From an uncultured bacterium (GTDB lineage Bacteria; Methylomirabilota; Methylomirabilia; Rokubacteriales; DASRDR01), in assembly GCA_964416315.1 (NCBI GenBank), contig CAYQDR010000011.1, positions 244-64,243 on the forward strand: a stretch of 64,000 nucleotides of DNA. The letters run 5' to 3'. Below the pieces are notes generated by a model, which was not told where the DNA came from, ran no database searches, and saw only the letters and a program-made list of their open reading frames with translations. This document shows, piece after piece, positions 56,588-64,000 of this stretch (the first letter of the stretch is position 1; every line of letters starts with the position of its first letter). Position numbers and translations under genes: made by a program.

Positions 56588-57875
56588 GGTCGCGGCCATC
56601 ATGTTCGGCACCTTCGGGACGCTCGTCCTCCTGCGGGTGCCGGTCGCGTTCGCCCTCGGGCTCGCCTGCCTGCCGATCTTCGCCCTCGACGAGCGCCTGA
56701 CGCCGATCCTGATGCTCGGGGAGATGACGAAGGCCTACAACGCCTTCATCCTCCTCGCGGTCCCCTTCTTCGTGCTGGCTGCGAACCTAATGAACTCGGC
56801 GGGGATCACCGAGCGGCTCGTGGACCTCACCCGCTGCCTCGTCGGCCAGTTCCGCGGGGGCCTCGCCTACATCAACGTGGTCGTCAGCATGATCTTCGCG
56901 GGGATCTCCGGCTCCTCGACGGCCGACGCGGCGGGCGAGGGCTCGCTCATCATCCCGGCGATGCGCAAGCAGGGGTACGACCCGAGCTTCACCGTCGCCA
57001 TCACGGCCTGCTCGTCCGTCATCGGGGTCATCATTCCGCCGAGCATCCTCATGGTGATCTGGGGCGGGGTGATGTCGGTCTCCATCGGGGCGCTGTTCCT
57101 GGCCGGCATCGTCCCCGGGATCATGGTCGGTTCCTCCCAGATGGCCGCCACGTTCGTCTACGCCCGGATCCGCAACTACCCGATCTACGCCCGGGCGACG
57201 CTCCGCGAGTTCTGGCGGGCCCTCGGGGGCGCCACGTTCGCAATCCTGACGCCGGTCATCGTCATCGGGGGCGTGGTCGGCGGCTTCGTGACGCCGACCG
57301 AGGCGTCGGTCATCGCGGTGCTGTACTGCCTGGCCGTCGGCCTGATCGTCTACCGCACCCTGGGCGTGCGGGAGATCCGCTCGGTGCTCTACCAGACGGC
57401 GCGGCTCGCCTCCATCTCGCTCTTCAACATCGGCACCGCGTCGGCCTTCGGCTGGCTCCTCGCCTACTACCAGATCCCGAAGACGATCGTCGCCTACCTG
57501 GCCCGGTGGGGCGCGGGGGTGACCAGCGTCGGGCTCATCGAGGCCGCGGCGTTCCTGTTCATCGGCTGCTTCATCGACGCGGTGCCGTCCATCATCATCA
57601 TCGGGCCGTTGCTGGCGCCGGTGGCCCAGAGCGTCGGGATGCACCCGATCCACTTCGCGATCATCGGCGTCGTCTCGCTCGCGTTCGGCCTCGTCACGCC
57701 GCCCTACGGCCTCTGCCTCCTGATCGACTGCCACATCGCGGGGATCAAGGTCTCCGAGGCCTTCAGGGACGTCGTGATCATCCTCATGCCGATGCTCTTC
57801 GTCCTGTTCCTCGTGATCCTGTTCCCCGACGTGATCCTGTTCATCCCGCGCCTGCTGATGCCGAAGTTCGTGTAG
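56574..57875 (+). CDS. dctM: TRAP transporter large permease DctM
   Basis: 433 aa polytopic. Confidence 0.85.
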   Translation: MSAGEVAAIMFGTFGTLVLLRVPVAFALGLACLPIFALDERLTPILMLGEMTKAYNAFILLAVPFFVLAANLMNSAGITERLVDLTRCLVGQFRGGLAYINVVVSMIFAGISGSSTADAAGEGSLIIPAMRKQGYDPSFTVAITACSSVIGVIIPPSILMVIWGGVMSVSIGALFLAGIVPGIMVGSSQMAATFVYARIRNYPIYARATLREFWRALGGATFAILTPVIVIGGVVGGFVTPTEASVIAVLYCLAVGLIVYRTLGVREIRSVLYQTARLASISLFNIGTASAFGWLLAYYQIPKTIVAYLARWGAGVTSVGLIEAAAFLFIGCFIDAVPSIIIIGPLLAPVAQSVGMHPIHFAIIGVVSLAFGLVTPPYGLCLLIDCHIAGIKVSEAFRDVVIILMPMLFVLFLVILFPDVILFIPRLLMPKFV

Positions 57876-57897
57876 GCCTCTCGGAACCCGGGGCCGG

Positions 57898-58035
57898 TCA
57901 CTCGATGATCCTGTTGGTCCGGATTCGGATGGACTCGGGAAGGCTCAGACCGAGCGCCCGGGCAGTCTTGCCGTTGACGACGACCTCGAACTTGGTGGCC
58001 TGCTCCACAGGGATGTCGCCAGCCTTGGCCCCTCG
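57898..58035 (-). pseudogene. C-terminal 45-aa remnant of an ABC-type substrate-binding protein (COG2984-like: ...GAKAGDIPVEQATKFEVVVNGKTARALGLSLP...)
   Basis: Strong match to the conserved C-terminus of that family. No upstream body of the gene. Confidence 0.45.
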
Positions 58036-58046
58036 CTCTCCCGCAC

Positions 58047-58589
58047 TCAGCCAAGCGACTCGCGAACCTGCCGGAGGAGTTTCAGGACGCCGCGTGCCGA
58101 GGCGCGCTCGTCGAGGTCGGGATGAGGCCCGGAGCGGGTCAGGAGATCGGCCACGTCGGCGAGGTCGCCGGGGCCGCCCGCCAGGAGCTTGAGGACGATG
58201 AGGTCTTCGACGGCCACCACCGGCACTTCGGACCCACCCGGGATCCGGATGCGAGTCGCGCGCCCGAGCGCCTCGCGCTCCCAAGCCGTGGTGGCACAGA
58301 CCACGTCCACCTCGGGGCCTCCGGCCGGCTGGGTCAGACGGAGCAGCAGGGGGACGGGATCGTCGGGCCCGCCGCGCCGCCACTCGGGCTCGAAGCCGGC
58401 CTGGCGGAGCGTCGTGTCGAGCTGCGGCGAGCGCGTGGCATCCGCGAGGAGGTCGATGTCCTCGGTGGCCCTGGGCGCGCCCCACGCGGCCACGGCGAGC
58501 CCGCCGATCAGCGCGTGGGCGATCCCGGTTCGGCGGAGCACCGCGAGCACCCCCTCGAGCGTCTCCTCGAACCGGGCGTCGCCGGTCAT
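58047..58589 (-). CDS. nucleotidyltransferase-fold protein (hypothetical)
   Basis: GGLAVAAWGAPRATEDIDLL matches the Pol-beta-type NTase motif GG-x12-DxD. Confidence 0.5.
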   Translation of the reverse strand: MTGDARFEETLEGVLAVLRRTGIAHALIGGLAVAAWGAPRATEDIDLLADATRSPQLDTTLRQAGFEPEWRRGGPDDPVPLLLRLTQPAGGPEVDVVCATTAWEREALGRATRIRIPGGSEVPVVAVEDLIVLKLLAGGPGDLADVADLLTRSGPHPDLDERASARGVLKLLRQVRESLG

Positions 58590-58862
58590 GGACGCCGTGG
58601 GGCGCGAAGCCGGAGGACGAAGGAGGAGAGGCGAAGGGCGCGCCGGAGGCGCTCCCCGGGCTCCATCGCCGCGTACCGGGCGCGGCGCTCGGCCTCCACG
58701 TCGGCCGTCGCCGCCGACGGCCGGCGACGCCGAAGGACCCAGAGGGCAGGGGCGGTGGGCCGCGTTCGCACGGCCTCAAGGTCGCACGCGCCCGCAGCCC
58801 CGTCAACGGCCGCCCCGTTGACCGCGCGCAGGGGCTCGTGTGAGGATCGGCGCGTGGGCCCG

Positions 58863-59999
58863 ATGCCGATCCGCGATGTCCACGCCTACGCAACGTCGTT
58901 CCCTGTCCCGCCCGGCGCGAGCGTGACGCTCGGGATCGGGCGCGCGGTCAAGCGCGACGCCGTCGTGGTCCAGGTGACGACCGACGACGGCCTCGTCGGC
59001 TGGGGGGAGGCCCACCACGGGCGCGCCCCGGGCGCCGTCGCCCAGCTCGTCAACACGACGCTCCGGCAGCTCGTCGTCGGCCTGGACGCCGCCGACGTGG
59101 TCGGGGTCTGGGCGAAGGTCTACCGGATGCAGCTCGGGAGCCACGGGATGGGCGCCGCCGCGGCGATCGCGCTGAGCGGGATCGACATGGCCCTCTGGGA
59201 CCTCCGCGGGAAGGCCACGGGCTGGCCGCTCTACCGCCTCCTCGGCGGCGCCTCGCGCCCGATTCCGGCGTACGCCGGCGGCGTCTCGCTCGGCTGGCAG
59301 GAGCCGGCTGCGCTCGTCGAGGAGGTGCGGGCCCTCGTCGCCGCGGGGTTCCGGGCGGTGAAGCTCCGTGTCGGGGACACGCCGGCGCGCGACCTCACGC
59401 GCGTCGCCGCCGTGCGCCAGGCCTTCCCGGACCTCGTGATCCTCACGGACGCGAACACCGGCTACTCGGTCGCCGACGCGCGCCGCGCGATGCCGGGCCT
59501 CGAGGCCCACGGCGTCGGCTGGCTCGAGGAGCCGTTCCCGGCGCACGACCACCGGAGCTACGCGATGGCCGCGACCTTCGGGCGGGTCCCCCTCGCGGCC
59601 GGCGAGAATCACTACACGCGCTTCGAGTTCACGCGGCTGATCGAGGACCGCGTCGTCTCGATCCTCCAGCCGGACCTCTCGAAGACCGGGGGCGTCACCG
59701 AGGCCCTCCGGATCGCGGCCCTCGCCTCGGCGTGGAAGCTCCCGATCCACCCGCACACCTCCATGACCGGGCTCAACATGGCGGCGAGCATCCACTTCCT
59801 CGCGGCGATCGAGAACGCCGGCTACTTCGAGGCGGACGTCTCGAAGGGGAACCTCTTCCGCGACGAGCTGACCTCGAGGCCCTGCGACCTCGACGCCGAG
59901 GGCTGCGTCCGCCCGCTCGAGAAGGCGGGTCTCGGCGTCGAGGTGGACGAGCGCTTCCTCGCCGCCCATCCCGTCATCGACGGGCCGGGGTATGTCTGA
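58863..59999 (+). CDS. mandelate racemase/muconate lactonizing enzyme family protein (enolase superfamily)
   Basis: 378 aa. KxK ... D/E/D metal ligands (ILTDAN, WLEEP, ILQPD). Confidence 0.8.
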   Translation: MPIRDVHAYATSFPVPPGASVTLGIGRAVKRDAVVVQVTTDDGLVGWGEAHHGRAPGAVAQLVNTTLRQLVVGLDAADVVGVWAKVYRMQLGSHGMGAAAAIALSGIDMALWDLRGKATGWPLYRLLGGASRPIPAYAGGVSLGWQEPAALVEEVRALVAAGFRAVKLRVGDTPARDLTRVAAVRQAFPDLVILTDANTGYSVADARRAMPGLEAHGVGWLEEPFPAHDHRSYAMAATFGRVPLAAGENHYTRFEFTRLIEDRVVSILQPDLSKTGGVTEALRIAALASAWKLPIHPHTSMTGLNMAASIHFLAAIENAGYFEADVSKGNLFRDELTSRPCDLDAEGCVRPLEKAGLGVEVDERFLAAHPVIDGPGYV

Positions 60000-60018
60000 C
60001 CCCCGGAGGAGGCCGAAC

Positions 60019-61452
60019 GTGGCTGACCGCGACCTCTGCTTCGCTCCCGCGACCGCGCTCGCGCGGCTCTACCGCGCGCGGCAAGCCTCGCCGCTCGAGG
60101 TGATGGAGGCCGTCTTCGCCCGGATCGACCGGCTGAACCCGCGGCTCAACGCGTACGTGACGCTGGCGCGGGACGAGGCGCTGCGGGCGGCGCGCGCGGC
60201 GACCACGGCCCTCAAGCGCCGCGCGACGCTCCCGCCGCTCCACGGGGTCCCGGTCTCGATCAAGGACCTCGTGGCGACCCGGGGGATCCGGACGACCTGG
60301 GGCTCGAAGATCTTCGCCGACCACGTCCCCGACGAGGACGCCCTGATCGTCGAGCGCCTGAAGGCGGCGGGCGCCATCGTCGTCGGGAAGACCAACACGC
60401 CCGAGTTCGGGGCGGGCGGGAACACCTTCAACGCCGTCTTCGGACCGACGCGGAACCCCTGGAACCTCGCGCTGACCTGCGGGGGCTCCTCAGGGGGCGC
60501 GGCGGTCGCCCTGGCGACGGGGATGGGCCCGCTCGCGCAGGGCTCCGACCTCGGGGGCTCGCTCCGCCTCCCCGCCGCCTTCTGCGGGGTCGTCGGCTTC
60601 CGGACCACGGCGGGGCTCGTCCCCGTTTATCCGAAGGAGCTCGGCTGGGACACGCTCTCCGTCCAGGGGCCCATGGCGCGGAGTGTGGCGGACACGGCGC
60701 TCATGCTCTCGGTCATCGCGGGTCCCGACGACCGCGCGCCGATCTCCTACGCCGCGGACCCCCGGGAGTTCCTGCGCGCGGTCCGGGCGCCGTCCATCCG
60801 GGGCTCGCGGATCGCGTGGACGCCGGACCTCAATGGTCTCCTCCCCATCGAACCCGAGGTCGTGCGGGTCTGCGAGGGCGCGACGCGCGTCTTCCGCTCC
60901 CTCGGGGCCCGCGTCGAGGCGGCCTGTCCCGACTTCGGGGAGGTCCCGGAGATCGTGGCCGGGACGCGCGGGCTCAGCATGGTCGCGCTCCACGCGGACA
61001 AGCTCCCCCGCTGGCGCGAGGAGCTGCAGAAAGGCCTCGTCTGGAACATCGAGCAGGGGCTCGGCCTCACCCCTCAGGCGATCGCCCGCGGCGAGAAACT
61101 CCGAACGGTCCTCTGGCACCGGGTGCGGGCGTTCATGGAGCGCTTCGACCTCCTGATCCTGCCGACGGCGCCGGTCGAGCCGTTCCCCGTGGAGCAGCCG
61201 TACCCGACCGAGATCAACGGGAAGCCGCTCGACCACTACATCCAGTGGGCGTACCTCACCTACGCGATCACGGTCACCGGGCTCCCGGCGATCTCGGTGC
61301 CGTGCGGGTTCAGCCGGAACGGGCTGCCCGTGGGTCTCCAGATCGTCGGCCGGCGGCGCCACGAGGCGGCCGTGCTGCGGGCAGCCGCAGCCTTCGAGGC
61401 CGCGGCGCCGTGGGCCGAGCGGGTCCCGCCGGTGGTCCGGGGAGGGGAGTGA
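60019..61452 (+). CDS. amidase (amidase-signature family)
   Basis: GGSSGGAAVALATG signature. GGAGGAGG SD lies 7 nt before GTG 60019. Confidence 0.85.
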   Translation: MADRDLCFAPATALARLYRARQASPLEVMEAVFARIDRLNPRLNAYVTLARDEALRAARAATTALKRRATLPPLHGVPVSIKDLVATRGIRTTWGSKIFADHVPDEDALIVERLKAAGAIVVGKTNTPEFGAGGNTFNAVFGPTRNPWNLALTCGGSSGGAAVALATGMGPLAQGSDLGGSLRLPAAFCGVVGFRTTAGLVPVYPKELGWDTLSVQGPMARSVADTALMLSVIAGPDDRAPISYAADPREFLRAVRAPSIRGSRIAWTPDLNGLLPIEPEVVRVCEGATRVFRSLGARVEAACPDFGEVPEIVAGTRGLSMVALHADKLPRWREELQKGLVWNIEQGLGLTPQAIARGEKLRTVLWHRVRAFMERFDLLILPTAPVEPFPVEQPYPTEINGKPLDHYIQWAYLTYAITVTGLPAISVPCGFSRNGLPVGLQIVGRRRHEAAVLRAAAAFEAAAPWAERVPPVVRGGE

Positions 61453-62396
61453 TGGCGGGAACACATCACCTCGACGCGAGCCTGGTCCACTACGAGTGGA
61501 ACAACGGGATTCCGCCGCGGCTCACCATCGCGCCGGGGGACACGGTCGTCTTCGACACGCGCGACGCGGCCGACGGCTACTACACGGCGGCCTCGACGGC
61601 CGCCGACGTCGCGGCCCGCGGGCCGTTCCGCGGGCACCCCCTGACGGGGCCGGTCCGCGTCGCGGGCGCGCGCCCGGGCGACGTCCTGGTCGTCGAGATC
61701 CTGGACGTGCGACCGGCGGCGGCGTTCGGCTGGACGCACGTCCGCCCGGGACGCGGGCTCCTGCCGGAGGAGGAGTTTCCGAAGCCCTACCTCCAGATCT
61801 GGGATCTCTCGGACGGGACCCACGCCCGCACAGGGCGCGGGATCGCCGTGCCGCTGGCCCCCTTCCCGGGCGTCATGGGGGTCGCGCTGGACGAGCCCGG
61901 GACCTTCAGCACGATGCCCCCCCGGAAGAACGGCGGCAACATGGACATCCGGCAGCTCACGGCCGGGACGACGCTCTACCTCCCCGTCTGGGTGGAGGGG
62001 GCGCTCTTCAGCGTCGGCGACGGCCACGGGGCGCAGGGTGACGGCGAGGTCTGCATCAGCGCCGTCGAGATGGCGGCGCGGGTGACGCTCCGCTTCGACC
62101 TCCGCCGCGGCCGGGCGCTCTACGAGCCCCAGTTCCGGCTCCCCGCGCGGCCCGCGTCGGCCCTCGAGCTGGGGCCGCACTACGTCACGACCGCCCACGG
62201 TCCCGACCTCTTCGCGGCGGCCCAGCAGGCGGTCCGCCACATGCTCGACCATATCACCACCGAGCGGGGGCTCACGCGGGAGGAAGCCTACGTGCTCGCC
62301 AGCGTCGCGGTGGACCTCAAGATCAGCGAGATCGTGGACGCCCCGAACTGGATCGTCTCCGCGTTCCTGCCGGAGCTGATCTTCACCACCGGCTGA
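61452..62396 (+). CDS. acetamidase/formamidase family protein (FmdA/AmdA)
   Basis: 314 aa, family motifs (GNMD, DGHGAQGDGE). ATGA overlap with the amidase stop. Confidence 0.8.
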   Translation: MAGTHHLDASLVHYEWNNGIPPRLTIAPGDTVVFDTRDAADGYYTAASTAADVAARGPFRGHPLTGPVRVAGARPGDVLVVEILDVRPAAAFGWTHVRPGRGLLPEEEFPKPYLQIWDLSDGTHARTGRGIAVPLAPFPGVMGVALDEPGTFSTMPPRKNGGNMDIRQLTAGTTLYLPVWVEGALFSVGDGHGAQGDGEVCISAVEMAARVTLRFDLRRGRALYEPQFRLPARPASALELGPHYVTTAHGPDLFAAAQQAVRHMLDHITTERGLTREEAYVLASVAVDLKISEIVDAPNWIVSAFLPELIFTTG

Positions 62397-62400
62397 GGCC

Positions 62401-63609
62401 GTGGAAACGGCGGCCGTCGTCGTCATCGGCGCGGGGGCGTTCGGCGCCGCCACCGCCTACCACCTCGCGCGGCGCGGGACAGACGTCCTCCTCCTCGACC
62501 AGCACGCCCTCGGCTCCCAGACCTCGCCGCGCGCGGCGGGGCTCACGAGCAAGGCGGCCGCGACCCCGCTCATGGCGCGGCTCCGCCACGAGGCGGTGGA
62601 CGCCCTCGAGCGCTTCGAGAGCGAGATCGGCCGCCCGATCGGGTTCCACCGCTCCGGGAGCCTCAAGGCGGCCTACACCGCGACCGGGGAGGCGCGGCTC
62701 CACGCCGACCTCGCGGTGGCCCGCGGACTCGGGATCGAGGCCGAGCTGATCCCGCCGGCCGAGGCCGCCCGGCTCGCGCCCCACTTCGTGCCGGGCCCGG
62801 CGCGCGCGATCGGCTACGTCCCGAGCGACGGCTGGCTCGATCCCTCGGGCGTCGCCCTGGGCTTCGCCGAGCGCGCGGCGGAGCTGGGAGCGCGCGCGTG
62901 GCCGCACACGCGTGTCACGGAGATCCTGCGCGAGGGCGGCCGGGTCGCTGGCGTCGTGACGACGCGTGGGGAGATCCGTGCGCCCGCCGTCGTGGACGCG
63001 GCCGGCGCCTGGGCACCGCGGATCGCGGCGGAATCGGGAATCCACCTCCCGCTCGTTCCGGTCCGCCACCAGCTCTTCGTGACCGAGCCGATCGCGGGCG
63101 TCGAGCCCCTCCAGCCGGTCGTGCGGCTCCTCGAGGCGAGCGTGTACGTCCGCCACGACCGGGGCGGGCTCCTCTTCGGCGGCTACGAGGACGCGCCGCG
63201 CGTCGTCGAGCCGGGGAGCCTCAAGCCCGGCTTTGCGATCGACGACCTCGAGCTGGACCTCGGGGTCCTCCGGTCGCTCGTGGACGAGGTCGCGGTGCGC
63301 TTCCCGGTCCTCCGCACGGCGCGGGTGCGGGAGCTTCGCGGAGGCCTGCCGACGATGACGCCGGACGGCTACCCGCTCCTCGGCGTCGTTCCTGGCCTCG
63401 AAGGGTTCTACGTCGCCTCAGGGTGCTGCGTCGGTGGGCTCACGCTCTCGCCCGCGGCGGGACGCGCGCTCGCCGACCTCATCCTCGACGGCCGGAGCGA
63501 CCCCGACCTCGGTCCGCTCTCGCCGGCGCGCTTCGCCGGGCGCTGGGCCGATCCCGCCGAGCTGGAGGCGGCCTGTGTCGCCCGGTACGCCCGGAAGTAC
63601 CTGAAGTAG
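62401..63609 (+). CDS. FAD-dependent oxidoreductase (DAO family; sarcosine/D-amino-acid oxidase-like)
   Basis: VVVIGAGAFGAATAYHLARRG dinucleotide-binding motif. Confidence 0.8.
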   Translation: METAAVVVIGAGAFGAATAYHLARRGTDVLLLDQHALGSQTSPRAAGLTSKAAATPLMARLRHEAVDALERFESEIGRPIGFHRSGSLKAAYTATGEARLHADLAVARGLGIEAELIPPAEAARLAPHFVPGPARAIGYVPSDGWLDPSGVALGFAERAAELGARAWPHTRVTEILREGGRVAGVVTTRGEIRAPAVVDAAGAWAPRIAAESGIHLPLVPVRHQLFVTEPIAGVEPLQPVVRLLEASVYVRHDRGGLLFGGYEDAPRVVEPGSLKPGFAIDDLELDLGVLRSLVDEVAVRFPVLRTARVRELRGGLPTMTPDGYPLLGVVPGLEGFYVASGCCVGGLTLSPAAGRALADLILDGRSDPDLGPLSPARFAGRWADPAELEAACVARYARKYLK

Positions 63610-63646
63610 CCACGAGGCGCGCGACGAACTCGTGGGGCGCGTAGGA

Positions 63647-63675
63647 TTGACCCGTACGGACCCGCATGCCATAGT
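63647..63675 (+). promoter_or_regulatory. candidate sigma70 promoter (-35 TTGACC, 17-nt spacer, -10 CATAGT) for the mazE-like/doc operon
   Basis: Direct reading. 21 nt before ATG 63697. Confidence 0.35.
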
Positions 63676-63696
63676 GTCCGCACGGGGGCTTCACCC

Positions 63697-63927
63697 ATGG
63701 TGAAGAAGCTGACCAAGACGGGCAACAGCCTGGCGCTCGTGCTGGACAAGCCCATCCTCGATCGCCTCGAGATCGATGCCGGGACGCCGCTCGAGGTGTC
63801 GACGGACGGGGACGTCATCGTGATCTCTCCGGTCCGTGACAGGCGGCGGACCGCCAGGCTCAAGCGGATTGTCGAAGAGGCCCACCGGCAGTACGGAGGC
63901 GTCTTCCGACGACTGGCTGAGGAGTGA
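63697..63927 (+). CDS. AbrB/MazE-type antitoxin (SpoVT/AbrB domain)
   Basis: MVKKLTKTGNSLALVLDKPIL is the swapped-hairpin antitoxin N-terminus. Confidence 0.7.
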   Translation: MVKKLTKTGNSLALVLDKPILDRLEIDAGTPLEVSTDGDVIVISPVRDRRRTARLKRIVEEAHRQYGGVFRRLAEE

Positions 63928-64000
63928 AGGTCGGCTTCCTCACGCTCGACGAGGTCCTGGCGCTCCACGCGGACCAGATCGAGCGGTATGGCGGCCGGCC
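63924..64000 (+). CDS. Doc/Fic-family toxin, 5' partial (continues beyond window)
   Basis: VKVGFLTLDEVLALHADQIERYGG is typical of the Doc N-terminus. GTGA overlap with the antitoxin stop. Confidence 0.55.
   Translation, partial: MKVGFLTLDEVLALHADQIERYGGR

Noticed and set aside
1-64000. CRISPR arrays, rRNA genes
   Set aside because: No short direct repeats with regular spacing and no rRNA-like conserved blocks were seen anywhere in the window.

Overview
This is a high-GC (about 70%) bacterial chromosomal window. Most of it encodes transport and catabolic genes. There are two peptide/nickel-type ABC operons: a complete dppABCDF-like set at 9848-16207 and a truncated dppB'-dppC remnant at 6020-7410. 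There is a phosphonate phnDCEE operon, two TRAP transporters, two amidases, three enolase-superfamily enzymes, molybdoenzymes, dehydrogenases and four toxin-antitoxin modules. The left 6 kb (positions 1-5950) is a lower-GC accessory island. It contains a convergent pair of a hypothetical protein and a DNA methyltransferase, a decayed integrase gene plus a tRNA 3'-fragment, and the most interesting locus in the window. That locus is an HNH-nuclease protein with a long C-terminal extension whose stop overlaps the start of a catalytically inactive MID-PIWI short Argonaute. This looks like a short-pAgo defence module with a nuclease-APAZ partner. The pAgo frame is broken at a T4 homopolymer. A second low-GC islet at 18.2-19.9 kb carries a type II restriction-modification pair. 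Other unexplained structure: a 125-bp element with terminal inverted repeats, present twice (97% identical, inverted), each copy starting at the stop codon of an ABC-operon gene. There is also a family of GC-rich CCCTCTCCCC/GGGGAGAGGG palindromes in intergenic positions, and at least six 3'-terminal gene remnants (integrase, dppB, CHRD, enolase duplicate, SDR, ABC substrate-binding protein). Coordinates of starts inferred by hand may be off by a few nt. Stops are taken from the ORF track.
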